Of a stretch of 64,000 bases of DNA, positions 1 through 10,144 are shown in pieces (position 1 is the first letter of the stretch; each line of letters opens with the position of its first letter). Location of the stretch: positions 192,001 to 256,000 of the forward strand of contig CAVPLT010000007.1 in NCBI GenBank assembly GCA_963706325.1, in the 5' to 3' direction. The notes beneath the pieces are model-generated. The model was not told the origin of the DNA. It did no database searches and saw only the letters and a list, made by a program, of their open reading frames with translations. A program made the position numbers and the translations under genes. The stretch is from an uncultured Nitrospiraceae bacterium (GTDB taxonomy: Bacteria > Nitrospirota > Nitrospiria > Nitrospirales > Nitrospiraceae).

Positions 1-687
1 CGTCCGAACCCTGCTCGACCATGAGCGTCTTGTGGGTCAAGCGCCCATCTTGTGCGATGTCGAATCGGTAGGTCTTTCCCGCGCCGATATCCGCCACGTA
101 GAGTCTTTTCCCGTCCGGCGTCCCAATGATGCCGTTGGGCTGTTCCAGATCATCGGTTACGCGCACAAGCTGTCGACGGTCAGCGGAGAGAAAGTAAACG
201 TGCTGACCATCCTGCGGCATCGTGTCGTGCGTCCACCAGGACCGAGGATAGAAGGGGTCGGTGAAGTAGAGCGCCCCGTCGGGCCGCACCCAGACATCAT
301 TCGGGCCATTAAGAGGTCTGCCGTTGTATTCCCTAAGGATCACGGTCACTGTACCGTCCGGCGTAATGGACCACAGCGCGTTCGTTTGATCGGCGCAGGC
401 GATCAGGTTACCCTTGTGGTCGAAATACATGCCGTTGGCGCGACCAGCCGGTTGCAGGAAGGTAGACAGTTGACCCTCCACGCTCCACTTCAAGATGCGA
501 TCATTGGGCTGGTCGGTGAAAAAGACGTTGCCCTCCGCATCACAGGTCGGTCCCTCGGTGAATTCAAAGCCGCCGGCCAGTTTCTCGACTTTTGCGCCGG
601 GCGCGACCACACCGTCGCCCGCGACGGACTGTGAGTGGTCCACGATCAATCCCAGCCCCAGCACATCGCAGTCAACGTTCGTCTCAT
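1..687 (-). CDS. SMP-30/gluconolactonase/LRE family protein (5' part; runs off the window start; possible 1-nt frameshift in the signal peptide)
   Basis: Manual minus-strand translation gives GFEFTEGPTCDAEGNVFFTDQPNDRILKW...GRANGMYFD...QPNGIIGTPDGKRLYVADI, the typical SGL beta-propeller motifs. The ATG at 687 (MRRTLTAM) is out of frame with VLGLGLIV; an in-frame GTG lies at 664. Confidence 0.85.
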
Positions 688-834
688 CAGACTGTCGCTT
701 CCATTGATTCGGGTCTCTGTCTACTATTGCGGCCCAGGAATGGTTTTTGAGCCAGAGACGGAGTCGTGAATGAGGCGGTGGTCGCTTCCCTCAGATAGGA
801 AATTCCGCAAAGCATCCGTCGACAATGCGACCAT

Positions 835-879
835 AAAAAACAACATCCCCGCAGGGACATCAGTCCCAGCGGGGATGTT
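835..879 (-). terminator. Rho-independent terminator of the 906-1589 gene
   Basis: Hairpin AACATCCCCGC...GCGGGGATGTT with an adjacent A-tract (U-tract on the minus strand), just downstream of the stop at 906. Confidence 0.7.
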
Positions 880-905
880 CATGACTCGGGCAGCGGACAG
901 CTGCT

Positions 906-1589
906 CTACGGTGCGACGTAACTGCCGTACTTCGGCACGGTGTCGCATGGCGCATCGGTTTTATTGGCAGCCTTGCAGAGATTCAATAATGCCCCCTGCG
1001 CCGCCAATCGGGCTTCTTTATGTTCTCCCGCCTTGCCATAATCGACGGCTAACTGAAGCAAATGCTGCGCGCGTTTGTCGCCGTTCCCTGGCATGCTCAG
1101 CGCCTGTTGCAGCTTTGCCGTCGCGGACTTGGTGACACCGACGTCCGAACCCCAGCGCCGGTTGGGATCAACGGTTGTCCGTTTGCCCAGCCCGGGGGGA
1201 TCGCTCAATTCCACGATCGCAGCATTCGTTAGATTAATCGCATCAGCCGTTCGAGCGTTCGCATCAGCCGTTCGAGCGTTCGCATCGGCCGTTCGAGCGT
1301 TCGCATCGGCCGTCTCGTTTAGTTCCTTGCGACTTCTACTCTGCGATACACCGGCAGCGGCGTCGGCCTTTCCCTCGGTAAGCTGTGTCTGACACATCGG
1401 TGAGAACTTGCGGATGTTGTCATCAAAACACTTTTGGATACGCCCGAAACCAGGCTCAACGAGCCCGCAGTATGTATCTACCTCGTCGATACACTTAGGA
1501 TCTACGCCCTGGGATTGTGCAGGCGGGACAGTCGTAAGCAGAGAAAGGAGAAATATTACCAGAACCATCGTCTTTGCTCGCATGCTCAA
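906..1589 (-). CDS. Secreted hypothetical protein with a Cys-rich repeat, an ADANART linker and a C-terminal SmbP-like helical segment
   Basis: Signal peptide, AGGAGG RBS, four-Cys EPGFGRIQKC module. The C-terminal HLLQLAVDYGKAGEHKEARLAAQGAL resembles small metal-binding protein SmbP helices. Confidence 0.75.
   Translation of the reverse strand: MSMRAKTMVLVIFLLSLLTTVPPAQSQGVDPKCIDEVDTYCGLVEPGFGRIQKCFDDNIRKFSPMCQTQLTEGKADAAAGVSQSRSRKELNETADANARTADANARTADANARTADAINLTNAAIVELSDPPGLGKRTTVDPNRRWGSDVGVTKSATAKLQQALSMPGNGDKRAQHLLQLAVDYGKAGEHKEARLAAQGALLNLCKAANKTDAPCDTVPKYGSYVAP
1240..1313. repeat. 21-bp in-frame tandem repeat, about 3.5 copies (encodes ADANART)
   Basis: GCATC(A/G)GCCGTTCGAGCGTTC at 1240, 1261 and 1282, with a partial copy at 1303. 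Confidence 0.95.
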
Positions 1590-2336
1590 CCTCCTGTTTG
1601 CAGTGAGTGTTTCCGCTTACGCGGGATATAGTGAGCCCATAGGTCAATCAATTGTCCCGTCGGCGGAGTGCTAGTCCGTGAGCCATCCTTCATCATCAGC
1701 CATGCCACATTGGACCATTCCGTCAAGGCCACAGCTTCCTCCGGGAAGGCGAGAGCGAGCAGGGCAAATTGGTCGGTCAGCCTTCTGCATCAGGAGGTAG
1801 CGTTCCGAGCTGCACTTCGAGGAGTCCGTTTCCTGAAGGGTAGGAAAGTAGGGTGACCGGTTCTTCTTTGAGATGGCAGCCATGCGTAGAATGCCATACT
1901 CTCTATACCTCTATATGTCAATAGCATTCCTCTGCCCAAGCGCGCTGTTCCCACGTCTTTAATTCGAAGAGGTGATTTGGAACAAACCGAAAAAGCGCAA
2001 ACCCTGGGTCATTCAACAGCAGGGAAAACGGCCTGAGAAGGATTGGGGGGAGGAATCTCCCTATCCCCACCAGAGATTATCTCCGAAGCCGACTGGAAAG
2101 CTGCCCACCGACCGCCTAAGCGCTACACGTGCCGTGCATCTGCAGGGGAGAAAGGGCGCCCAGGCTTTTTCTAGGGATGCAGGATCTACTACCAGAGGGA
2201 AGGTCGAGCAGCGCGCTCCAATCATCACCTGGCGTCAATGGAAGCGGCTAATGAGATCACCCGGCGCCCAGTGGGGCGCCGGGGTACTGCCAATAACCTA
2301 CTCCCAATTTAGCCAGTGAGTCCTTTCCATGGCAGA

Positions 2337-2918
2337 TCAGGTCTTATTCAGCTTCGTGAATTTTGATCCTTCGAGCGTCAGGTTGTACATCAACCCTTTT
2401 TGCCCGATGACAAACCCCACGATTGGGTCTTTGATCGTCGACGTATCTAGCGTAGCTCCGGCACCCAAGGTCACCAGTGCAATAGAACCGTCCACGCCTG
2501 CCTTCCACCCGTTGCTGTCACGGAACTGCTTCAGTGCGTTGTCATCCAAAAACACGATAATGATGGTTTTGACCTGTCCTCCCATTTGGAAGCCAAAGGA
2601 CGCCGCAGCGGTGTTGTAATAATCGACCGTCTTGCCACCGATTCGAAGCGCGCCCTCACCGTACTCTGCTCCAATGCCAAACCCCCCCTTGAGCACGCCC
2701 GGGAACACCAATGCGCCTTTGGCGCTGTCCACGAAACTCTTGCCGCCTTTCACCTCTTTCTCGAACTGAGCAAGCCCTTCATCGACGCTGGCATCAATTT
2801 CTTTGGCGGAAGCCGCCGAGACGGGGCTGGGGAGCCACGCATTCAACGCGATTATGCACACTGCAAGCGCCGCTATGAGCCCCACGCCATAGAATCGGCA
2901 AGGAATCTGTCTCGTCAT
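2337..2918 (-). CDS. Ysc84/SYLF lipid-binding domain protein (secreted)
   Basis: Signal peptide; KGGFGIGAEYGEGAL and ASFGFQMGGQ motifs, ending KGLMYNLTLEGSKFTK. Confidence 0.9.
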   Translation of the reverse strand: MTRQIPCRFYGVGLIAALAVCIIALNAWLPSPVSAASAKEIDASVDEGLAQFEKEVKGGKSFVDSAKGALVFPGVLKGGFGIGAEYGEGALRIGGKTVDYYNTAAASFGFQMGGQVKTIIIVFLDDNALKQFRDSNGWKAGVDGSIALVTLGAGATLDTSTIKDPIVGFVIGQKGLMYNLTLEGSKFTKLNKT

Positions 2919-3244
2919 GATGACCTCCTATTGTGAAGAGTTGGCACTGAGATGCCAGCTCAAAAAAAACCAGCCCTCCCGTAGGGTAGGCTCGGCACAC
3001 GCCACCTTCGGGTGTCAGATATCATCTCGTGTCTGGCGGACCCCGCAAGTCATTCGCCTGGCCCTTCTTGCCAGCTCCGACCAGTGAGAGCAACTCGGCC
3101 CGCGGTTTAACATCCATACTACCGACCGATTCAACCGAATGACGGTGAAGATATTTCTCGGCTGCCAGGACACGCTACAAGCGTTCTTACAATAGTCGAT
3201 AGCCGATTTCTTCTCCCTTGACCTGCACGACGGTTCGGCCAAGA

Positions 3245-4321
3245 TTAAAAGTGGAACGAGAGTCCCCCGACGACAGCATTCATCTGGTAATCGCCTCTGA
3301 GTCCTACTGTTCCACCCGCGGGGCCACTGGCTGAGGCATCTAACACCACGTAGTTGTATTTGTATTCACCGAACAGTGCGATATGTTCGTTGAAGTAAAA
3401 GCGTAAACCAGCCAAGGCATTGAGGCCCGGTACGGCATTGTTGGATACATTGGTGCCAGCGGTCGAGAAATCAGCAAAGAAGACGCCAAGTCCAACCCCC
3501 CCATAGGGTTGCAGCCGGCAGAACTCCCGCTCATATCGGGTTTCAATGCGTTTCTCTCCCTCCGTCCGCGTCTCCGTGCGGTCGGTGGTCGTCTTACAGG
3601 CAAATTTCAACCGACCGATGAGATTGAAGGCCAAGGTCGTCATGCGCAAATGGGCTCCAGGTACCGGTCCTTGCTGTTCCACATGGGGCGATGCGTTGAA
3701 CCCTTCAATCTCCACGCCCAGCCAATCCATGCGATTGCCAAAGAAATGGCCGAGCTTTGCGCCATAGATTCCCGAATCCGCAAGATCACGATCGTCGCGG
3801 TTGAATCCGGACAGGGGTCCAGTGCCTTCCAGACCGTTAATCTTACCGCCGAATGTGGAACCGCCGAATCCTGCTAGGTAGGTTTCGCTCGGGCGCACAC
3901 GTTTGCGTTCAATGATGGGCTCGGCTTCTTTCGCTGATGCCGCCGCCGCTGCCGCCGCAGGCGCCATAAGCAAAATGGAAGCGGCTTCCGATGGTCGCTC
4001 GTCCACCTGCTGGCGACATGACGGTGTGAGCGTGCCTTTGTTTTTGTCATAGCACGCTCGGACGCGACCGCTGCCGGGCTCAATGCCTTTGCAGGGGAGC
4101 TTCTCAAGTGCGGCGCGGCACTCAGGATCTATGCCTCCTGGTGGCACACCCCCCGGTTCCATCGGCACAGGCTCCTTGGGCTGCGGAACCCCCGGTTCCA
4201 CCGGCACAGGCTCCTTGGGCTGCGAATAGGCGGGCGGCAACATCATGGGCATAAAGCTCCATGTCAGCAACAGCATCGTTCCATAAGAAACCATTTTCCC
4301 GAATCGCAATGCGTCACTCAT
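3245..4321 (-). CDS. Outer-membrane beta-barrel protein with N-terminal Pro-rich repeat and Cys-rich module
   Basis: Signal peptide, OmpA/OMP_b-brl-like strands (QPYGGVGLG, LFGEYKYN), C-terminal SFHF; AGGAGG RBS. Confidence 0.85.
   Translation of the reverse strand: MSDALRFGKMVSYGTMLLLTWSFMPMMLPPAYSQPKEPVPVEPGVPQPKEPVPMEPGGVPPGGIDPECRAALEKLPCKGIEPGSGRVRACYDKNKGTLTPSCRQQVDERPSEAASILLMAPAAAAAAASAKEAEPIIERKRVRPSETYLAGFGGSTFGGKINGLEGTGPLSGFNRDDRDLADSGIYGAKLGHFFGNRMDWLGVEIEGFNASPHVEQQGPVPGAHLRMTTLAFNLIGRLKFACKTTTDRTETRTEGEKRIETRYEREFCRLQPYGGVGLGVFFADFSTAGTNVSNNAVPGLNALAGLRFYFNEHIALFGEYKYNYVVLDASASGPAGGTVGLRGDYQMNAVVGGLSFHF
4151..4224. repeat. 39-bp in-frame tandem duplication (QPKEPVP(V/M)EPG)
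   Basis: CCCCGGTTCCA(T/C)CGGCACAGGCTCCTTGGGCTGCG at 4151 and 4190. Confidence 0.9.
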
Positions 4322-4495
4322 CGTGAAACCTCCTTTTCTAATGAGCAGCCGCTTCTGATGAGCAGCCGCGAGGCAGTGCTGAATGAGTCATTCGAGACAA
4401 AAAGCAACCCATTATTCTCCACCTGCCGCAGAATCTAAGTAGGACTTGAGAGCTGTACCGTGTGCCAATGATATGCTCGCGGACAGAATGCGCAA

Positions 4496-4511
4496 CTGTA
4501 AAAAGTGACAG
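4496..4511 (-). promoter_or_regulatory. lux-box-like palindrome (1 mismatch) upstream of the 3245-4321 gene
   Basis: CTGTAAAAAGTGACAG; minus-strand TATCAT (4473-4468) starts about 30.5 bp from the box centre. Confidence 0.6.
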
Positions 4512-4700
4512 GTATTTGCTACAGAGGTATTGTTGCGTGCAATTCGATGATGACTACGGATGACTACTATTATGCGCCCATGTCACCGGAATTGTTTCTA
4601 CACACTGAAGTTGATGGCGCCGGCAGCCGAACCGATGATTTGCCAAGACTCGGATGAACCCATAACGGTCCATCGCTACTGAGCGCGCCTCCTTTTACCC

Positions 4701-4716
4701 CTGTCACTTTTGACAG
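4701..4716 (+). promoter_or_regulatory. lux-box-like palindrome (perfect) upstream of the GH13 gene
   Basis: CTGTCACTTTTGACAG; TGgTATGTA with the hexamer at 4740, 31.5 bp from the centre. Confidence 0.7.
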
Positions 4717-5048
4717 TAGGCGGAATGCTTGCCCAGTGGTATGTATCAACCGCCACGCTATGACACTCTTGATACATCGCGGCTACACCACTTGATAGAG
4801 GATGATGAACGAAAAAATGGCTCCAAAGCTAGCCCGGAATTTTCCGATCACACTCATGTGGAAGCTGCCCGCATCCGACGTTGCCAAGGTTCTACGCGCT
4901 ACCCGGCAGGGGCAGATGATGGGAATGGCACCTGAGTGAAGGAGGCCACTTCTGCCACCCGTGACTCATAAGTTGCTTATTTCACAGCCATAGGGCTTTC
5001 GCTCATCTGCGGCAAACTGGACGCCTTTCAGACTGCGGGAGGAAGATT

Positions 5049-6539
5049 ATGAAGTCCATGACCTCGTCGGTACATCCTGTGATCTATCAGATCAACACTC
5101 GAGTCTGGCTCACCGAATTATCCAAGTCTCTCGGCCGGCCAGCATCACTGGACGACATTCCGGATGCTGAACTCGACCGGCTGGTGAGGATGGGCTTCGA
5201 GTGGGTTTGGTTCCTGAGCGTGTGGCAGACGGGTGAGGTGGGCAAGCGAGTCTCCCGCGTCAATCCTGAATGGCGAAGAGAGTTTCAGGAAACCCTGCCG
5301 GATTTGCGCGAGGAGGATATTGCCGGATCTGGATTTGCCATTACCGACTACACCGTCCATTCAGAGCTGGGAGGCGATTCGGCGCTGGCGCGGCTCCGCG
5401 AACGCCTCCGCAAACGAGGTCTCAAGCTCTTGCTCGACTTCGTTCCCAATCACACGGGAGTCGATCACCCATGGGTGGAAAAGCACCCTGAGTATTACAT
5501 TCGTGGCACCGAACAGGATCTGGAGAATGCTCCACACAACTATACGTGGGTGAGGCGCAAAGCCGGCGACTCGATCTTCGCCTATGGGCGCGATCCGTAT
5601 TTTTCAGGCTGGCCCGATACACTCCAGCTCAATTACAGTACCTCCTCCCTGCAGGAGGCAATGATCGGAGAATTGCTCAAGATCGCCGGACAATGTGACG
5701 GCATACGCTGCGACATGGCCATGCTCATCTTACCCGATGTCTTCGAAAGAACATGGGGGCTTAAAGCGGAGCTGTTCTGGCCAAAGGCTACCGAACGAGT
5801 TCGCAAACAATCTCCAAACTTCCTGTTCATGGCTGAGGTCTATTGGGATCTCGAATGGACGTTACAGCAGCAGGGATTCGATTACACCTACGACAAACGC
5901 TTGTATGACCGGCTGCGCGAAGGCCATGCCAGGCCGGTCCGCGACCATTTGCGTGCCGACCCTGACTATCAATGCAAGATGGCCCGATTCTTGGAAAACC
6001 ACGATGAACCTCGATCCGCCGCGACGTTTTCACCCGGCATGCATGAGGCGGCGGCGGTGATCACATTTTTGTCTCAAGGGCTGCGTTTTTTCCATCAAGG
6101 ACAGTTTGAAGGGAGACGGAAACGCATATCGCCACATCTGGTCAGAGCGCCACTGGAAACGTCCGATAACACCCTCCGTCTCTTTTATGATGATCTCCTA
6201 GGGGTGCTCCGGCGACCGGTTGTTCGAGACGGCCGGTGGCAATTACTCGAATGTAAACCGGCTTGGGAAGGCAATTGGACATCGGATTGCTTCCTGGCTT
6301 TTGCGTGGCAAGGACGACACCCAGAACAGCTGCTCATAGCAGTCAACTACGCCGGCAATCAGAGCCAGTGTCGCATTCCTCTTCCTTTCTCCGATCTCAC
6401 GGGCCGCACGGTGCGATTCCAAGACCTGATGTCCGCCGCCTGCTATGAGCATCATGGAGATGGTCTCCAGTCACATGGGCTCTACCTCGATATGCCAGCC
6501 TGGGGATATCACGTCTTTGAGGTGAGCATGGCCAAGTAA
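5049..6539 (+). CDS. Alpha-amylase family glycoside hydrolase (GH13)
   Basis: GH13 motifs LDFVPNH, DGIRCDMA, AEVYW and FLENHDEPR. Confidence 0.92.
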   Translation: MKSMTSSVHPVIYQINTRVWLTELSKSLGRPASLDDIPDAELDRLVRMGFEWVWFLSVWQTGEVGKRVSRVNPEWRREFQETLPDLREEDIAGSGFAITDYTVHSELGGDSALARLRERLRKRGLKLLLDFVPNHTGVDHPWVEKHPEYYIRGTEQDLENAPHNYTWVRRKAGDSIFAYGRDPYFSGWPDTLQLNYSTSSLQEAMIGELLKIAGQCDGIRCDMAMLILPDVFERTWGLKAELFWPKATERVRKQSPNFLFMAEVYWDLEWTLQQQGFDYTYDKRLYDRLREGHARPVRDHLRADPDYQCKMARFLENHDEPRSAATFSPGMHEAAAVITFLSQGLRFFHQGQFEGRRKRISPHLVRAPLETSDNTLRLFYDDLLGVLRRPVVRDGRWQLLECKPAWEGNWTSDCFLAFAWQGRHPEQLLIAVNYAGNQSQCRIPLPFSDLTGRTVRFQDLMSAACYEHHGDGLQSHGLYLDMPAWGYHVFEVSMAK

Positions 6540-7316
6540 TGCGAAGGTGAATATGTTTTCTCTGAATAAAGTTCAGCTGTAATTGCCCGTCGCAATACAT
6601 GACCCTGGGAGGACTCGCCTTCCCGATCGTTCAGGGCGTCTTTACTGGCAATGAACGGATTGCCTCCGGCAGGGTCGATGTCGAACTCTTTTCGCCAGTC
6701 AGTTTCTGGCGTCGTGCATTAATTACTATCGAAGTACTACCTCTCGATCCGCGGCAAGCCGGGGCTGCAGGTTGCAGCCCTGATGTCGACACCGCTTTCA
6801 TTCAGTTCACACGTCCTACGGGCAATCACCACATGATCAACCGGGCGCTCACCCGACAAGCTCATGCAAAGAGACGATCCACACGGCTGCTATTAACGCC
6901 TCAGCCAAATATTCCGCATCGGTGTCGAGCCCGTACCTCAGGCAGAGGTGGGCTCCCTTTCATTTTGCCAGGCCTTGAGACTGGTAAGTATTTCAGATTG
7001 CCATATTGCGGGCCAACCCGGCATCAACTTGGTCCCCACTTGCACCCCCATAAAAACCCACACATCCGTGTGATGCCCAAGTGGGGGGCGATGGGAATGG
7101 TTTGTCCTGTCCTGGCAGTACTGAGGTAGCAGATTCCTGAGTTTTTCTGTCCGGCAGTCAGGCAATTCAGAGAGGGGAGGTTCGCAGACTCAGAGTTTTT
7201 CAACGGAGTGCCTGGGGGAATACCGCATTATCAATCGCACCGATCCGCATCTCCTCGTAACGATCGGCACTCTTCTCTTCTCTACAAATCACGCTCAGTC
7301 TCTGTAACCTCTCGTA

Positions 7317-7679
7317 TCACTCGCGCAGCCACGCAAGAGCGGACTCACGATCATTCGGGCTAAAGTTGCGGAATTCGGCCTTGACGAAATGCTTGGCGAT
7401 GTGTGGTGCGATCGAGAGGACTGCGTTGTCCGAGACCACCGCGATTTTGGTGATGAGTTTGTGGTGGTCATGGACGAATCGAAGGTGCGACACAAGCGCG
7501 GCAAAGCTGTCCCACCCTGGGAACGACGGTGCCTCAATCATGACACCACGGAGCCCTCCTGTCTGTTCGATGTAGGGGTCAACCAGTTTCGCGATTGACT
7601 CGAAATCACCAGCTTGAATTGGTCCTTGCGGCCGAAGCAGCAGAATGCCTCTGTCGTACAGAAGGTCGGGGGCTAGCAT
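7317..7679 (-). CDS. STAS/SEC14 (SpoIIAA-like) domain protein
   Basis: FPGWDSFAALVSHLRFVHDHHKLITKIAVVSD and terminal ALAWL are typical of the family. Confidence 0.85.
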   Translation of the reverse strand: MLAPDLLYDRGILLLRPQGPIQAGDFESIAKLVDPYIEQTGGLRGVMIEAPSFPGWDSFAALVSHLRFVHDHHKLITKIAVVSDNAVLSIAPHIAKHFVKAEFRNFSPNDRESALAWLRE

Positions 7680-8268
7680 GGTTGTTTCCTTGCGAAGAAG
7701 CGGCGATAGTGCCAGCAGCTTGTCAACGAAAGACTTACCAATAACAATTCTTCACCTAAAATGCGCCGATTTTCTTACGGACAAAGGAGAAAGATGGCAT
7801 GGCTCTTCACCATTCTGGGAGGGCGAGTTCCGATCTGGCGGCTAAGGAGTCGTAATCATAGAAGTCTAAATTGAGAGAAGTCAACGACCGGGGAACTTGG
7901 ATTTCGCCCTCCCGAGTAAGTCGAGGAAATCAGTGTGGTCGTCGCCTCTCTGGAAGACGGTCACTCCACCCTTCCCCCTATTCAGAGCATGATAGGCATC
8001 TCCAGCTACTTGTCAGCGTGGAACTCGGGGCACGCCGAAGGTAAGGTACGCGAACTAACAATACTGGCGCAAGAATAAGTTGCCTTGCATCTTTCCCCTG
8101 TCACTCCGCTTCACGCAGCAGACAGAGCGAGTTGCGCCTTGCATCGGTGATCCAGTTGCGCGACACTGATTTCCACAATGCCTGTGCAGTGTGATCATTC
8201 TCCCCATGTATCCGTGGCGCAACGCTAAGATGACAGACGGTGGCGACAATCCGATCCTGCGTCGCAGC

Positions 8269-9297
8269 ATGACCTACAACTCGCTGGCGTTCCGCTTGTT
8301 GATACTCCTTGGCCTGAATTGCCTCGTCCTCTCTTTCACAGTAGGTGCCGCACGTGCTGCGGAAGACACTCCTTCCGCGTCGTTGCAGAGCAATACGATG
8401 TGCAAGACGATTGAGTCGGATGAGGAACGATGGAAATGCTACGATAAGGTAGAACAACACGAAGCCGCGGTAGCAACAACGGATAGCATTCCAGCTTCAT
8501 CACTCATGGGGACGCGTTGGGAGCTCGACCCCAGCACCCGACACGATCTTTTCTCTATTCGCCCACACAAGCAGAGCTATCTACTTCCAGCACGCTATAC
8601 GAGCAACGTTAACAATCAGCCTTTCAGTCCCACCCAAGGAACCGTTCCCCAGTCGCTCGGCTATATCAACACAGAAGTGAAGTTTCAGTTTTCATTCAAG
8701 TTCAAAGCTTTGGAGATTCAAGATCGCTTCAATTTATGGATGGGGTATACGCAAGTCTCATTCTTTCAGATGTATAACAAGTCTAAGTCAGCTCCATTTC
8801 GTGAAAATAATTATGAGCCTGAAATCATGGGCGTGATCCGAACGGATTACGATCTTTTTGGATTGAAGGGACGGTTCATCAATCTCGGCCTTGTCCACCA
8901 ATCCAATGGGCGTGCTGATCCATTGTCGCGAAGCTGGAATCGGCTCTATGCGCAATTCGGTTTTGAGCGGGGCGGGTTCGGCCTCATGGTCCGACCCTGG
9001 TATCGGATCAGGGAAGACTGGACAAACGATAACAATCCTGACATCACGGACTACTTGGGGCATGGGGACATTGTCGCCACATATCAAGTGGGAGGCCACA
9101 TGTTTTCACTGCTGTTGCGAAGCAACCTCAACTTCAGCAACCTTCATGGAGCAGCTCAGGTTGATTGGAGTTTTCCTCTCCACCGGCAATTGAAAGGATA
9201 CGTGCAGGTCTTCACCGGCTACGGTGAAAGTCTGATCGATTACAACCATAGCCAGACGACGATCGGCGCGGGCGTCCTGCTCCTGAACTGGATGTGA
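8269..9297 (+). CDS. pldA: Outer membrane phospholipase A (OMPLA)
   Basis: KFQFSFK, PFRENNYEPE, catalytic HQSNG...SRSWNRLY and GYGESLIDYN. The ORF is open from 8191; 8269 gives a signal-peptide-like start. Confidence 0.92.
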   Translation: MTYNSLAFRLLILLGLNCLVLSFTVGAARAAEDTPSASLQSNTMCKTIESDEERWKCYDKVEQHEAAVATTDSIPASSLMGTRWELDPSTRHDLFSIRPHKQSYLLPARYTSNVNNQPFSPTQGTVPQSLGYINTEVKFQFSFKFKALEIQDRFNLWMGYTQVSFFQMYNKSKSAPFRENNYEPEIMGVIRTDYDLFGLKGRFINLGLVHQSNGRADPLSRSWNRLYAQFGFERGGFGLMVRPWYRIREDWTNDNNPDITDYLGHGDIVATYQVGGHMFSLLLRSNLNFSNLHGAAQVDWSFPLHRQLKGYVQVFTGYGESLIDYNHSQTTIGAGVLLLNWM

Positions 9298-9347
9298 GCG
9301 AGCTTCTCCATGTCGATGAGGCATTGCCACGATAGCCAGCCCTGAAG

Positions 9348-9881
9348 ATGCCACTTGTTCTCCGGATCGCTTTCATAGCATTCGCGTACGTCACCGCGTT
9401 CGACAGAGACGTGGTTCATGGTCAGATGGTGAGCACGGAGACCTGCGGGTCGAAAGGCTGCCACTCTGCTCATTCAGCCGCGTGGATCGGCCTGGCGCCT
9501 CCAGCGCCAGTGTCGTTGGCGGGTTCCGACGCTAGCTCCTCCGAGAGCATGCCACCGAATGAAACACGATGGTCCTCATTCTTGCCCTTGATGGCCGATG
9601 AAGACAAAAAACGCGGGGTGAATGGCCGCTGCCCTTCGGGGCCAGCACTGTCTTTACCGGCCTGGGGGAGAGAAAGGTTGACATCACGGATGTGCGGACC
9701 GGCCTGAACGGCGCCACTCCGCAATCGGGCAGCCAGTCGTGAATTGGCTCCACGAGCAGTGTGGTTAACATCAACCTGAACCAACATCGCGTTCGCCAAT
9801 TGGTTTGAAACCGTCATTGATTTTGGCACCGACTGGCACGGAGGGTACCTGCTTGTCGTGGCTCCGACCATTCGATTTTGA
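9348..9881 (+). pseudogene. Degraded outer-membrane protein gene (frameshifts, stop, probable internal deletion)
   Basis: Fragments in different frames: RWSSFLPLMADEDKKRG / WPLPFGASTVFTGLGERKVDITDVR...Q(S)* / FANWFETVIDFGTDWHGGYLLVVAPTIRF*, a barrel-type C-terminus. Confidence 0.5.
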
Positions 9882-10144
9882 GGGGCAACATCCTCAATCG
9901 TTGATATGGCGGAGGGGGAGAAATTTTCAGATTGCCCGAGGGCTCTCCGACCGACGGCGACCAACAACGACGGACAGGGAGCAATAGGCAAGAAAGTCAA
10001 TAACTCACGCACGCTCGTAGCGCTCTACTGCGACCGACGAGGATTCCTAATCGGGAGTAAAACCGGGACCAGGGTCTGTACATTGTGCGGAGTGTTCGAA
10101 GAACGAATCAGCTCCCTTGGCCAAGACTCGCAGCCTATCCACCG

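Noticed and set aside
32..634. 200-aa plus-strand ORF
   Set aside because: Antisense shadow of the minus-strand gluconolactonase-family gene.
1240..1313. Possible CRISPR array
   Set aside because: The units are contiguous, have no spacers and are in frame within a CDS; no cas genes or array were seen in the window.
1972..2319. 115-aa plus-strand ORF between two minus-strand genes
   Set aside because: No motifs or convincing RBS, and it overlaps a hairpin downstream of the Ysc84 gene.
6599..7129. 176-aa ORF downstream of GH13
   Set aside because: No recognisable motif and atypical composition; cannot be supported as a gene.
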